A DNA stretch of 64,000 nucleotides from Candidatus Marinacidobacterales bacterium (GCA_965226495.1 OZ245365.1:3616001-3680000); one strand, 5' to 3'. Counted from the first letter of the stretch, positions 19,347 to 28,988 are shown. Program-made: numbers and translations. The notes: generated by a model not told the origin, from the sequence alone.

Positions 19347-20465
19347 CTACGTCCGTACGTCTGCTTCCACGACGATCTCCGACCCCACTCGATAGGAGAT
19401 CATGTGATTCAATCGCGTCCCATCCACGAGTCGCCGTGGCCCTTCTCCACCCACCAACGATCGCGCCTTCCTTCCACCGATGATTCGCGGTGCAAGGTAC
19501 AGTACCAATTGGTCCGCCATCCCTTGCTCGAGAAAAGAGGCGTGAACCTCACCACCACCTTCAACCAACAAGCGCGTCACGTCTCTCTTGGCCAAACGCC
19601 GTAGCGCTGTCCGAAGATTGAGCCTCCCGCGACGTAGCGGCAAACCTTCTACGGTCACTCCCGATTTTTCGAGGCGTCGCACTCGAGACTCTGACGCTTC
19701 CGGGCCTGCGAACACGAGAATCGGTCCTTCTCCAAGCGTCGAGATCAGCCGCGCGCGAGGAGACAAGCGCAAAGAGCTGTCCAGTACGACCCGTAGGAAG
19801 GGCCCCGTCCGCTTGTTGCGGGGACGCACCGTGAGCCGCGGATCATCGGCAAGCACGGTTCCAATACCGACGAGAATCGCGTCGTTCTCACGGCGCAAAA
19901 GACGAGCGTGTTCGCGGGCCTCGACCGACGTGACCCACATTGCATCTCCGGTTCGCGTCGCGATTCGGCCATCCAGGCTGGCAGCACCTTTCAACGTGAC
20001 CAGAGGAATACCCTCTACGACGAACTTTGTGAAGGCCCGGTTGAGCCGGGTGGCCTCGGTGCTCATGAGTCCAACTGCCACGGCCAAACCCTTTCGCCGA
20101 AGCCACCGAAAGCCCCCGCCGTTCACGCGAGGATCGGGATCCCGGATGGAGGCGAGCACTCGCTTCACCCCCGCCCACTCGATCTCTTGCACGCAGGGAG
20201 GCGTGCGGCCGGTATGGCAGCAAGGCTCTAGGTTCGTATAGAGCGTTGCACCGCGTGCCGCGCTGCCCGCCTGCCGAAGCGCAATGACTTCGGCGTGCGG
20301 CTCACCGGCCCGACGATGAAAGCCCTGGCCTATCACCTTGTTGCCTTTCGCGACGACCGCTCCCACCATCGGGTTGGGGCTGGTGCACCCACGGCCCATC
20401 GAAGCGAGGGCCAACACTCGCTTCATCATTCTCCGTTCAGTTTCTGTTTCCCGACCCACTGTCAA
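19347..20465 (-). CDS. ribD: Riboflavin biosynthesis deaminase/reductase
   Basis: PNPMVG, HAE, LEPCCHTGRTPPC, SLDGRIA, VEGG. Confidence 0.97.
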   Translation of the reverse strand: MTVGRETETERRMMKRVLALASMGRGCTSPNPMVGAVVAKGNKVIGQGFHRRAGEPHAEVIALRQAGSAARGATLYTNLEPCCHTGRTPPCVQEIEWAGVKRVLASIRDPDPRVNGGGFRWLRRKGLAVAVGLMSTEATRLNRAFTKFVVEGIPLVTLKGAASLDGRIATRTGDAMWVTSVEAREHARLLRRENDAILVGIGTVLADDPRLTVRPRNKRTGPFLRVVLDSSLRLSPRARLISTLGEGPILVFAGPEASESRVRRLEKSGVTVEGLPLRRGRLNLRTALRRLAKRDVTRLLVEGGGEVHASFLEQGMADQLVLYLAPRIIGGRKARSLVGGEGPRRLVDGTRLNHMISYRVGSEIVVEADVRT

Positions 20466-20475
20466 CGAGCTCCGT

Positions 20476-21384
20476 TCAAATACTGCTCTCCTCGCCCACG
20501 AGCGCGTGAACGAACTGCTCCGCGGAAAAGTCCATCAGATCGTCTTCTCCCTCACCGACCCCGGCGTAGACGACTGGAAGACCGAGCTCACGCGCTACCG
20601 CAACCACGATCCCGCCCTTGGCGGTGCCGTCCAACTTGGTTAGCACGATACCATCGACTCCCAACGACTCGCTGAACCGCCGCGCCTGCACCAGGCCGTT
20701 GCCGCCAACGGTCGCGTCCATGACCAGCAACGTTTGATGTGGGGCTCCTGGAATCAGACGCCCCGCCACCCTCTTCACCTTGGCAAGCTCATCCAACAAC
20801 GGTTTCTGGGTATGCAGCCGGCCTGCGGTGTCGACGAACACGTCGTCCACACCGCGAGCGGTGGCCGCCTGAAGTCCCTCGTGCACGACGGAGGCGGGAT
20901 CCGTCCCCTGATTTCCTCGAATCAGATCGACTCCCAGCCGATTTGCCCACGTCTCCAGCTGCTCCAATGCAGCGGCGCGGAAGGTGTCCGCCGCAACGAT
21001 GAGCGGTTTGCGGTCGGCGCACGCCGCACGATGAGCCAGCCTGGCAACGGTCGTGGTTTTCCCAACGCCGTTGACTCCAACGACTAATACTACGTTGGGG
21101 GGGGTGGCGGCAGTCGGTAAATCGTCGGGGCTGGCGTGACGCAGAATAGCTAGTATTTCGTTGCTCAGAACCGCTCGGATATCTTCGTGGGGCCGGCGTC
21201 CCCGAGCGCTCCGAAGCGCCGCCACCAACTCGACGGTCGCGGCCACCCCGACATCCGCAGCAACCAGCGACTCCTCGAGCTGGTCCCAGTCAGGCTCGTC
21301 CCCCAACGTCGCAAGCCCCAATCCGCTTGCCAGGGTGCCTCGAGTCCGGGCTAATCCTTGCTTGAGACGTTCGAAGACACTCAA
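20476..21384 (-). CDS. ftsY: SRP receptor FtsY
   Basis: GVNGVGKTTT, DTFRAAA, DTAGRLH, TKLDGTAKGG. Confidence 0.96.
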   Translation of the reverse strand: MSVFERLKQGLARTRGTLASGLGLATLGDEPDWDQLEESLVAADVGVAATVELVAALRSARGRRPHEDIRAVLSNEILAILRHASPDDLPTAATPPNVVLVVGVNGVGKTTTVARLAHRAACADRKPLIVAADTFRAAALEQLETWANRLGVDLIRGNQGTDPASVVHEGLQAATARGVDDVFVDTAGRLHTQKPLLDELAKVKRVAGRLIPGAPHQTLLVMDATVGGNGLVQARRFSESLGVDGIVLTKLDGTAKGGIVVAVARELGLPVVYAGVGEGEDDLMDFSAEQFVHALVGEESSI

Positions 21385-21423
21385 AGGAGCTTCTCGGAGG
21401 CGAGTAGAACGAGGTGCCGGATC

Positions 21424-22185
21424 TCAGGTACCGGGCTTCAAGGCATTGAGTCTCGCGAGACTAAGCTTGCCCAACGTAGAAAAGCGCGCCGCTTCCACCA
21501 CCCGGCGGTAGTACCCGTTGGCCACTTCGACGTCACCTTTCGCGTCGTAGATGCGCGCCGACTCATAAAGACTCGGCACGTCCGACGGATCGCTCTCCAG
21601 CGCTCTTTCGAACTGTTTCAAAGCCAGGTCGGGCTCCTCGAGCGTCCGATGAACTTCGCCCAGGCCGCGATACCCCATCGCAAAGTTGGGTTTCTTCTCG
21701 ACCGAGCGGCGATAGTACATCATGGCCAGCTCGTAATTCTGGTCCCGCAAATACAACGAACCCATGTTGTAGAGCGCTTTCTCCGGGGTCGGATAGGTCG
21801 GATCGCGAATCACCGAGGTGAATTCCGCAAACGCCCTTTCTTTGTTTCCCATCTCCGAGTAGAGTACTCCCAAATTATTGTGCACATCGGTCAGATCCAT
21901 ATTGACCTTGAGGGCGCGTCTAAAAGCCTTCTCCGCCCCCTGGAAATCTCCAACCGCGGTCATCGCCAAACCCATGGCATTGAAGACCCAAGGGTTTTCT
22001 TTGTCGAGCTTCAGGGCGGCCCGGTACTGTTCGATCGCCTCGTCTAGGCGGCCTTCTTGATGCAGGTACTTGCCCTGGTTGAAAAGCGTAAGCGCTTCGT
22101 TGATCTTCGCATCGTTTTGGGCAGCGCCCATCAGCAGCAGCGTCAACGAAGCCATCAAGATTCGGTGCTGCGATCCAAGAGCCAT
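21424..22185 (-). CDS. Exported TPR protein, PilF/PilW/Tgl-like type IV pilus secretin assembly factor
   Basis: RBS GGAGGAG before ATG 22185; signal peptide; TPRs with HNNLGVLY and DPTYPTPEKALYNMG. The ORF-track extension to 22293 runs through a repeat. Confidence 0.72.
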   Translation of the reverse strand: MALGSQHRILMASLTLLLMGAAQNDAKINEALTLFNQGKYLHQEGRLDEAIEQYRAALKLDKENPWVFNAMGLAMTAVGDFQGAEKAFRRALKVNMDLTDVHNNLGVLYSEMGNKERAFAEFTSVIRDPTYPTPEKALYNMGSLYLRDQNYELAMMYYRRSVEKKPNFAMGYRGLGEVHRTLEEPDLALKQFERALESDPSDVPSLYESARIYDAKGDVEVANGYYRRVVEAARFSTLGKLSLARLNALKPGT

Positions 22186-22210
22186 GAAAACTCCTCCCTT
22201 TAGTGCTCGC

Positions 22211-22290
22211 GCAGAGCCGTCAGCTGTCCCGCAGCCGCTTGTCGGCGAAGGGACAAGCCCTGGGGGGGCCCCGCGGCCGTGATGGAGAAA
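22211..22290 (+). repeat. Hairpin repeat family 2, copy 1
   Basis: Aligns by eye over about 80 nt with the reverse complement of 57167-57249. Confidence 0.75.
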
Positions 22291-22314
22291 CACAGTGAAT
22301 TCTTCAGCATCCTG

Positions 22315-24213
22315 CTAATGCCTCGAGCGGTTCAACGGCACCGGCCCGGAAGGAACCGCTGCCACTTCTTCTTCAATTCGAACCGGCTCTGGCTTCGGGA
22401 ACACGGTTTGCCGGGTCGGCATGTTCGGACGAATCAACCCTTCCTCGTATGCCTTGATGAGGGCATCTACGACTGGTCGGTCGAATTTCTTGCCCACGAA
22501 ACTGCGCATGCGCTCGAGCACATAGCTAATGTCCATCGCCTTCTGATAAGGGCGATTCGTGGTCATCGCATCGAAGCAGTCGGCCACACTAACAATCTTA
22601 GCAGTCAGGGGGATTTCGTCCCCACGAAGTCCCTCCGGATACCCTGTGCCGTTGACGTTTTCGTGGTGGTACTTCATGCCGGGAATCATGTCTTCCAGCT
22701 GCGGAACCTGCTCCATGATAACCGCTCCCTTGGTGGGATGGGTCTTCATGATCTCGTATTCCTCGTCAGTGAGCGGACCCTCCTTGCCCAAGATCTTGTC
22801 CTCGATACCGATCTTGCCTACGTCGTGCATGAGCGCCGAGATACGTACCACCTCCACGTCGTGCTCGGGCAGGCCGAGCTCGATGGCTATCTTCTCCGCG
22901 AAATTCGAGACCCGCTCCGAGTGACCGCGCGTGTAGGGGTCCTTGGCGTCGATCGCGGCGGCCAGAGAGCTGATCGCCCCCATGAACATTTGCTTGTTCT
23001 CCTCCGCCGCTTTCTGAAGGCGCTGAATGTAGCTCTTGATCTCCGTCTTCATCAGGTTGAAGGTATCCGCCAACTCTCCTATCTCGTTTCGCGAAGTGAT
23101 TTCGATGTCTCGTGAGAAATCCCCTGCCGCCAATCGGCGCGCCCCCTCGGCCAGCCGCGCTACGGGCTGCGAGAGGCGACCCGCCGAAACCACCGCGAGC
23201 ACGATGGCCAGAATGATCGAAAATCCGGCCACCCTATAGCTCGTGCGTTCGATGTCCCGTACCGTCGCGTAGACCGTTTCCTCTTTCGCCTGCACGATGG
23301 CGCCCCAATCCAAGCTCCGCAGAAAAACCGTTTGCGAGTTTCGGTCTCCGATCGAGGTGTACGTGCCGATCATTGGCTCACTTCCTGCTTCGCTCGGCAT
23401 TTCGAAGCGCACGAGCGTCGAGGCGTGCCCTGACGACTCTCGAAACGCCTTCACGAGTTCGTTCTCCGAGAAATCCGGCTGCGTAAAAAGGGTTTCGGGG
23501 TTGGAATGCACCACCAGGAACCCATTGCCGTCTACGACATAGACTTCGCGGCCCATTCCAACCTTGTCATCCACCATCTCCTGTAGAGGTTTCAGGCTGA
23601 CTAGCACCGAGACGACTCCCGCCACCTCGCCGGATGCGATGACGGGAGCCGAAACGACTACCACCGTATCGAGCAACGGTTCCCAAGCGTAGGGAGGGGA
23701 CACATAATGATCGCCGCGGAGGCCATGCAGGAAGGACTGGCGGAAGTACTCGGATACCGGGTCTTCGATCTGATCGTAGCCGGCGCTGTCGCTTCGATAA
23801 AAGCGTCCCCCTCTATCGTAGACCGCGATCGAACGGACGTGACTCCCATCCTGGATGTACTCTCTCAGATCCCCGCTCTCGGAGACCCTGGCGATCCGTT
23901 CGGTGACTACCCAACGATTATCACCAATACCGAAAGTTCTCGCGATTCCCACGACTTGATCGTGCATCGCTTGAAGGTAGAGCCGTGCCTGTTTGGCGAT
24001 GGTGCGGGTTTGGTCGAGCTGGACAACTTTTTCAGAAAGAGCGAGCGCGTCTCGATTCCGCTCAATGAGTATCGTGCTGGTTACCAACAGAGGGGCCAAA
24101 GCGGCCATCATCATCACGATGGCGAGCGAGTAGAGTATCTTGCCGCGCTTGAGCAGCCGAGTATCGGGCGTGGCGGGCCCCAAGTTCTTGGTAGGCCTAG
24201 AAGGTGATCGCAC
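22315..24213 (-). CDS. Membrane HD-GYP cyclic-dinucleotide phosphodiesterase (TM-Cache-like-TM-HAMP-HD-GYP)
   Basis: KDPYTRGHS, HDVGK, HHE...GTGYP, DCFDAMTTNRPY; HAMP segment RNEIGELADTFN. Confidence 0.92.
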   Translation of the reverse strand: MRSPSRPTKNLGPATPDTRLLKRGKILYSLAIVMMMAALAPLLVTSTILIERNRDALALSEKVVQLDQTRTIAKQARLYLQAMHDQVVGIARTFGIGDNRWVVTERIARVSESGDLREYIQDGSHVRSIAVYDRGGRFYRSDSAGYDQIEDPVSEYFRQSFLHGLRGDHYVSPPYAWEPLLDTVVVVSAPVIASGEVAGVVSVLVSLKPLQEMVDDKVGMGREVYVVDGNGFLVVHSNPETLFTQPDFSENELVKAFRESSGHASTLVRFEMPSEAGSEPMIGTYTSIGDRNSQTVFLRSLDWGAIVQAKEETVYATVRDIERTSYRVAGFSIILAIVLAVVSAGRLSQPVARLAEGARRLAAGDFSRDIEITSRNEIGELADTFNLMKTEIKSYIQRLQKAAEENKQMFMGAISSLAAAIDAKDPYTRGHSERVSNFAEKIAIELGLPEHDVEVVRISALMHDVGKIGIEDKILGKEGPLTDEEYEIMKTHPTKGAVIMEQVPQLEDMIPGMKYHHENVNGTGYPEGLRGDEIPLTAKIVSVADCFDAMTTNRPYQKAMDISYVLERMRSFVGKKFDRPVVDALIKAYEEGLIRPNMPTRQTVFPKPEPVRIEEEVAAVPSGPVPLNRSRH

Positions 24214-24230
24214 TTCGTACTCCGATTTCC

Positions 24231-25859
24231 CTAGTTGACCCTCGTCTCGCTAACCTTTTTCTCGGATAGGACCTGGAACGCTCGAATGGCTTTCTTCTTG
24301 CCTTTGAGAGTAACCGTGCCGAGGTCCTTGAGCTCGAATGAGTCTTTTACGAGCTCTTGGGTCCTTTCCCCCACCACCACCTGTCCAGCCTTGGCCACCA
24401 TCGACTCGATGCGGGACGCGATGTTCACCGTATCCCCGAGAACGGTGATCTCTTTTCTCTTGTGAGAACCGATCGGGCCGGCGACCACCTTGCCACTGTT
24501 GATGCCCATCCTCATTTCTATCGGCGGGTCCTTAGCCAGTTCCTTGTTCAGATCCGTGAGACGCCTGCGCATCTCGAGGGCAACTCGCACAGCGCGTTCC
24601 GCATGGTCTTCCTGCGGGTAAGGCGCTCCGAACACTGCCATGATGCAATCACCGATGAATTTGTCTAAGGTCCCGTCGTACTCGAGAACGACATCCGCCA
24701 TGCGTGAGAAATAGTCGTTAAGAAGTTGGCCAACTTCTTGAGGCTCCATTTTCTCGGCCATGGGGGTGAAACCAACGATATCCGCGAAGACCACCGAGAC
24801 CTCGAGCTCCTGAACTTCCTTCTCTCCCTCCGACATGATGCGCTCGGCCACCCTGGGGGAGAAGTATTTCTCGAAACGCTCTCGTCTCACCTTCTCCTGC
24901 TGAACTTTCTTGTTCAAGCTGGCCTGCTCGATGGCAATCGCTGCGTAGTTCCCCAAGGCCGACAACAGCTCCAGATCGGCTTCTCCGAAAGTGTTGGAGG
25001 CCATCGGGGAATCGATGTGGATGATGCCGATGACTTTGTCACCCCTCCACAACGGCGCACACATCGCGGAGCGTATGCCGTGAAAGCGAATGCTATCGCC
25101 GGAGGCGAAGCGGGGATCGATCTGCGCGTCCGATGTCAAAATTGCCACGCGGTCCTTCGCGACGCGATCGGCAATCGTCTTGCTGATCGTGATTTTGCCT
25201 TCGTCACCACCATGACGGTACTTGACAACGCGCGGTTTCAGGTCGCCATCGTCGTCGTACAACATCAGAAAGCCACGGTCCACCGGGATGTGCTCGAAGA
25301 CCGCATCCATCACGCGACCTTCTACCTCCTCCGGCTGAGCGGTGATGAGCGCCTTGGCGAGCGCGGAAAGGCTTCTCAAAATGTGATTAGTCTTTTCGAT
25401 GTCCGCCACTTCGAGATCGGGTACGGTCCGGGACGCCGTCGTGGAGAGATGGGTATCACTTTTCGACTTGGGCGGCTCCACACCCAAGTACTTTTGGAGC
25501 TCGCCGACGCTGCGAATAACGGTACCCGCTTCTTCCAGCAATGGTTTTTGCTCGTCCAGGACGACCTTCTCATCGAGGGTCCGCCGAAATTCGAGTATGA
25601 ACTTACCGAGCGCCACCTGATCGCCATCGTTCAGAATGGCTTCGAGCACCGCCACCCCGTTTACGTGAGTTCCGTTCTTGCTCTTGAGGTCAACCAATCG
25701 ACACTCTTCACCGTCGACGATCACTTTGGCGTGATGGCGAGAGACACCGAAATCCTTGATCACGATGTCGCAGTCAGGCGAACGCCCCAGGACGACGCCT
25801 CCCAAATCAATGGGAACCGCCTGCTCGCTACCTTCTTCTTGGTATGTCAGCTCGAACAT
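24231..25859 (-). CDS. FHA-GAF-class III adenylyl cyclase
   Basis: FHA motifs GRS, VSRHHA, SKNGT; GAF segment IRSAMCAPL; catalytic FADIVGFT, DKFIGD, TVLGDTVNIASRIE. Confidence 0.92.
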   Translation of the reverse strand: MFELTYQEEGSEQAVPIDLGGVVLGRSPDCDIVIKDFGVSRHHAKVIVDGEECRLVDLKSKNGTHVNGVAVLEAILNDGDQVALGKFILEFRRTLDEKVVLDEQKPLLEEAGTVIRSVGELQKYLGVEPPKSKSDTHLSTTASRTVPDLEVADIEKTNHILRSLSALAKALITAQPEEVEGRVMDAVFEHIPVDRGFLMLYDDDGDLKPRVVKYRHGGDEGKITISKTIADRVAKDRVAILTSDAQIDPRFASGDSIRFHGIRSAMCAPLWRGDKVIGIIHIDSPMASNTFGEADLELLSALGNYAAIAIEQASLNKKVQQEKVRRERFEKYFSPRVAERIMSEGEKEVQELEVSVVFADIVGFTPMAEKMEPQEVGQLLNDYFSRMADVVLEYDGTLDKFIGDCIMAVFGAPYPQEDHAERAVRVALEMRRRLTDLNKELAKDPPIEMRMGINSGKVVAGPIGSHKRKEITVLGDTVNIASRIESMVAKAGQVVVGERTQELVKDSFELKDLGTVTLKGKKKAIRAFQVLSEKKVSETRVN

Positions 25860-25943
25860 CAGGAGTGGAGTGTACCCGCCCCAGCGCCCTCTGCCGGAGG
25901 GAACAACACCTTTTATTATACCAACTTTCGCCGGCCAACGCCT

Positions 25944-26532
25944 CTACCTTGGAAGGCGGGGCTCGACTCCGCGGCAGAGCCGCGAGAGGTTCCCATGGTG
26001 GCGCGCCGCGATGAGCACTGAAACGATCGCACCGGCGATGGTGGCACTCCGAGGCTCTCCCCACGCTAAACACAAAGGACCGACCGAGAAGGTCGCCATC
26101 ACCGATGCTAGCGAGACGAAACGAAATGCGCCCAGAACGGCTACGAATAGCGCCAGCGCGGCGAGGACTGGCTTGGGGGTCAGAAACCAAGAAGGCCCCG
26201 AGAGCGGTAGCGACTCCCTTGCCTCCCCGGAAACCGAAGAAAACCGGGAATAGGTGGCCCAGAACGACGACCGCCGCCGCTGCTGCGGGAAGGAAGCTGC
26301 CGACCGGAGAGAGCTCCCGCGCCAAGAGCACCGCTGCAGTGCCCTTCACCACGTCGAGCAAGAGCGCCGTCGCTCCTGCGCCCTTCCCTGCCACCCGCAT
26401 GACGTTGGTGGCTCCCGGATTTCCACTCCCCGACTCACGGGGGTCCCACCCCCTGACGACGCGGGAAACGATGACCCCAAAGAGTACCGATCCCAACAGG
26501 TAAGAGCCAAAAAGAACGATGCTACTGGTCAT
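25944..26532 (-). CDS. plsY: Glycerol-3-phosphate acyltransferase PlsY (one extra base near 26175-26186)
   Basis: YLLGS, SGSGNPGATN, D..KG, GHLFP, FRGGKGVAT. The shifted frame continues RFVSLAS...RHHGNLSRL to TAG at 25944, giving about 195 aa. Confidence 0.9.
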
Positions 26533-26543
26533 CCAGCTGTCAT

Positions 26544-26644
26544 GAATGCTGGCTTCCATCCGTTACTCCCTCTCCCCTTTTGGGACATTGGGGGCGTCAA
26601 AAGATGTCGTGCCGCTATCAATGTGGCCAGACGCCGGGTGAGGG
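26544..26644 (+). repeat. Modular repeat family 1, copy A (backbone plus one inner unit)
   Basis: TGGCTTCCATCCGTTACTCCCTCTCCCC..GGGA..GGGCGTCAAAAGATGTCGTGCCGCTATCAATGTGGCCAGACGCCGGGTGAGGG. Confidence 0.85.
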
Positions 26645-27207
26645 TTCCTCGAGTTTCCTGCGAGGGGAAACCGCGCCAGCGCGTCGTAAACCGCCCCGCT
26701 TGGCTTCAAAGTGCTGCGAAACAAGACCACGTCCTCGACCAGAACAACTCCGATGCCCCGCTCGTCGAACCCCGCTCGGATTAGGCCAAGCCCCTTATCC
26801 GGCTTCCGGAACCGCGCGAAGGTAAGGTGCGGTTTGAACGGTCTCTCTTCGGGAAGGAATCCATGTTTCCTCACCACCCCCTCGATTTGTTCGTGCAATT
26901 TGTGGATCTCAGGCGGGGGATCCGTGACTCGCACACAAAGAACGCGGGGGCGTCGAGAATTAGGTAATGCGGTCAGACCTCGAAACTCGAGCCGGAATGG
27001 AGGAAACCGGGCCGCCGTCGCCTCGAGCTCGCTCGACATCTCTCTGAGGCGCTGTTCCTCAGCGTCCCCTAGGAAGCGAAGGGTCAGATGGAGATTCCCA
27101 GGGGAGATCCAACGGGCGCCTTGGACGGATTCCCGAAGCTCCAATACGAGCCGGCGCACCGCGTCACGCACCTCCTGCGAAATTTCGACCGCGATGAAAG
27201 CTCGCAT
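26563..27207 (-). CDS. thpR: RNA 2',3'-cyclic phosphodiesterase (2H family)
   Basis: MRAFIA, HLTLRFLG, PHLTFAR, FRSTLKPSGAVY; the C-terminal tail is encoded by repeat copy A. Confidence 0.93.
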   Translation of the reverse strand: MRAFIAVEISQEVRDAVRRLVLELRESVQGARWISPGNLHLTLRFLGDAEEQRLREMSSELEATAARFPPFRLEFRGLTALPNSRRPRVLCVRVTDPPPEIHKLHEQIEGVVRKHGFLPEERPFKPHLTFARFRKPDKGLGLIRAGFDERGIGVVLVEDVVLFRSTLKPSGAVYDALARFPLAGNSRNPHPASGHIDSGTTSFDAPNVPKGERE

Positions 27208-27231
27208 CGATCCAGACCGTCAACAATCCAG

Positions 27232-28494
27232 TCAATCTTGCCCAAGCACGTGCAACCGCAGCAAATTGAGGGCCGCCTGCGAGCTCCACCATTTCACTTG
27301 CGAGCGTGCGCCAGGAATCTGTAGCCGTCGCACAGCGCTCACCTTTCCATCGTAAACTGCGATGAAGACGAGCCCTACCGGCTTTTCGTCGTTCCCTCCT
27401 TGGGGGCCCGCGATGCCCGTAACCGCCACCGCGAGATCGGTACCCGCGTTCTTGCGTGCCCCTTCGGCCATCGATTTCGCCACTTCTTCGCTCACGGCGC
27501 CATGGGCGCGAATAAGGTCCCTCGGAACGTCGAGCAATTCGACTTTGCTCTCGTTGCTATAGGTCACGAAACCCCTTTCAACGTAGCGGGAGCTGCCGGG
27601 AACCTCCGTGAGACGATGAGCGATAAGACCTCCGGTGCAAGATTCGGCCACCGCAATGGTGAGTGATCGTTCGCTCAACAAGCAGCCCACAACTTCCTCC
27701 AAGGTTTCGCCCTTCTCGCTGAAGATCTTCCTTCCTAGTACATCGCGCAGTTTCTTCGCCAATTCGTCGTTTGAGGTATCCGCTTCCGTCGCAGTGCGCG
27801 CCCTTGCGGTGAGACGGATCTCGACCTGTCCGGCAGACGCCAAAATCGTAGTGCTCGGATTGTCGTATTGGCCGTAGATCGGGGCCACCATCTGCTCTAC
27901 CGAGGATTCGGGCAGTCCGGCTATGAATAGCTGCTTGGTCCGATAAACCACGCCGCGGGCGCGCTCCGCCAGTCCGGGAAGCACTTGGGACTCGAAAATC
28001 GATTGGAGTTCGTGAGGAGGACCCGGCAGGAGCACCACATCCTTCGCCACGTCTTCAATCGCCGGGGGAGTCACCGTGATCCACAAGCCGGGCGCGGTGC
28101 CGACACCATTTGCAAGAACCTTCGCACCTTCTAGAACCAGCGCCTGCTTTCGATTGACCTCGGCCATGATGAGTCCGCGCCGTTCGAAACGAAGGCGAAT
28201 GCCTTCGAGCACGACTTCATCGAGATTCATGCTAAGACCGAGAGCATCCGCAAAGCCCTCTCGAGTCACGTCGTCGGAAGTCGGGCCGAGCCCCCCAGTG
28301 ACCAATACGAGATCGGCGCGAGCCAGCGCTTGCCGGGCCGCCTCGGCGATTGCGTCCCGATCGTCTCCGACGGTGGCGCGAAAGACGACCGGGATCCCTG
28401 CCGACGCCAGTCGTTCGATCAAGTAAGTCGAGTTCGTATCGGTACGCCCCGGCGTCAGGAGCTCACTCCCAACGGTTAAAAGCTGAGCCTTCAA
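27232..28494 (-). CDS. cinA: Competence/damage-inducible protein CinA (MocF plus PncC domains)
   Basis: Start reset to TTG 28494 (KAQLLTVGSELL); GGLGPT.DD.T, LPGPP, AESCTGG, HGAVS, TGIAGP. Confidence 0.93.
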   Translation of the reverse strand: MKAQLLTVGSELLTPGRTDTNSTYLIERLASAGIPVVFRATVGDDRDAIAEAARQALARADLVLVTGGLGPTSDDVTREGFADALGLSMNLDEVVLEGIRLRFERRGLIMAEVNRKQALVLEGAKVLANGVGTAPGLWITVTPPAIEDVAKDVVLLPGPPHELQSIFESQVLPGLAERARGVVYRTKQLFIAGLPESSVEQMVAPIYGQYDNPSTTILASAGQVEIRLTARARTATEADTSNDELAKKLRDVLGRKIFSEKGETLEEVVGCLLSERSLTIAVAESCTGGLIAHRLTEVPGSSRYVERGFVTYSNESKVELLDVPRDLIRAHGAVSEEVAKSMAEGARKNAGTDLAVAVTGIAGPQGGNDEKPVGLVFIAVYDGKVSAVRRLQIPGARSQVKWWSSQAALNLLRLHVLGQD

Positions 28495-28505
28495 CCGGTC
28501 TCCGT

Positions 28506-28988
28506 TCAGCTTGCGACGAGGAGTGCTGGCCAAACCAGACTCGCTAGCCGCAGCACAAGGTTCGCGTAGACTCCCGCGATAAGATCGTCGGCCATGATCC
28601 CCAGCCCTCCTGCAAGTCCTTCCGCTCGGCGGCAAGGAAATGGCTTGATGATGTCGAACAAACGGAACAGGAGAAATCCCACTAACAGGCCCACCCAACT
28701 TACCGGGATCAGAAAGAGCGTCAGCAGCATCCCGGCTATTTCGTCAACAACGACATGGGACGGATCCTTTTTGGCAAAGTGCTTCTCCGCGACGTTAGAC
28801 GCCAACACGCCCGTCACGGAAAAGAAGACCACCGCAAGACCGTAAACGATATCGGACTCGGTCAAGCGCAACCCACGGTCGATAAGGATCGCCAATGCCG
28901 AACCGGCGGTCCCCGGTGCGATCGGAGAAAACCCCGTGTACGCGCCTGTTGCCAGAAAAAGCGCCGCTCTTCGCGATAACGAGCTCAT
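28506..28988 (-). CDS. pgpA: Phosphatidylglycerophosphatase A
   Basis: APGTAGS, KDPS.VVVDE, FRLFDIIKP, GGLGIMADD. Confidence 0.95.
   Translation of the reverse strand: MSSLSRRAALFLATGAYTGFSPIAPGTAGSALAILIDRGLRLTESDIVYGLAVVFFSVTGVLASNVAEKHFAKKDPSHVVVDEIAGMLLTLFLIPVSWVGLLVGFLLFRLFDIIKPFPCRRAEGLAGGLGIMADDLIAGVYANLVLRLASLVWPALLVAS

Noticed and set aside
20465-20476. FMN riboswitch before ribD
   Set aside because: Only 10 bp separate ftsY and ribD.
28495-28698. ORF-track N-terminal extensions of cinA (likewise nrdR, rbfA, asnS, the PilW-like gene, the anti-sigma and the second DUF4097 gene)
   Set aside because: They overlap upstream genes or repeats; downstream starts fit the RBS and family N-termini better.
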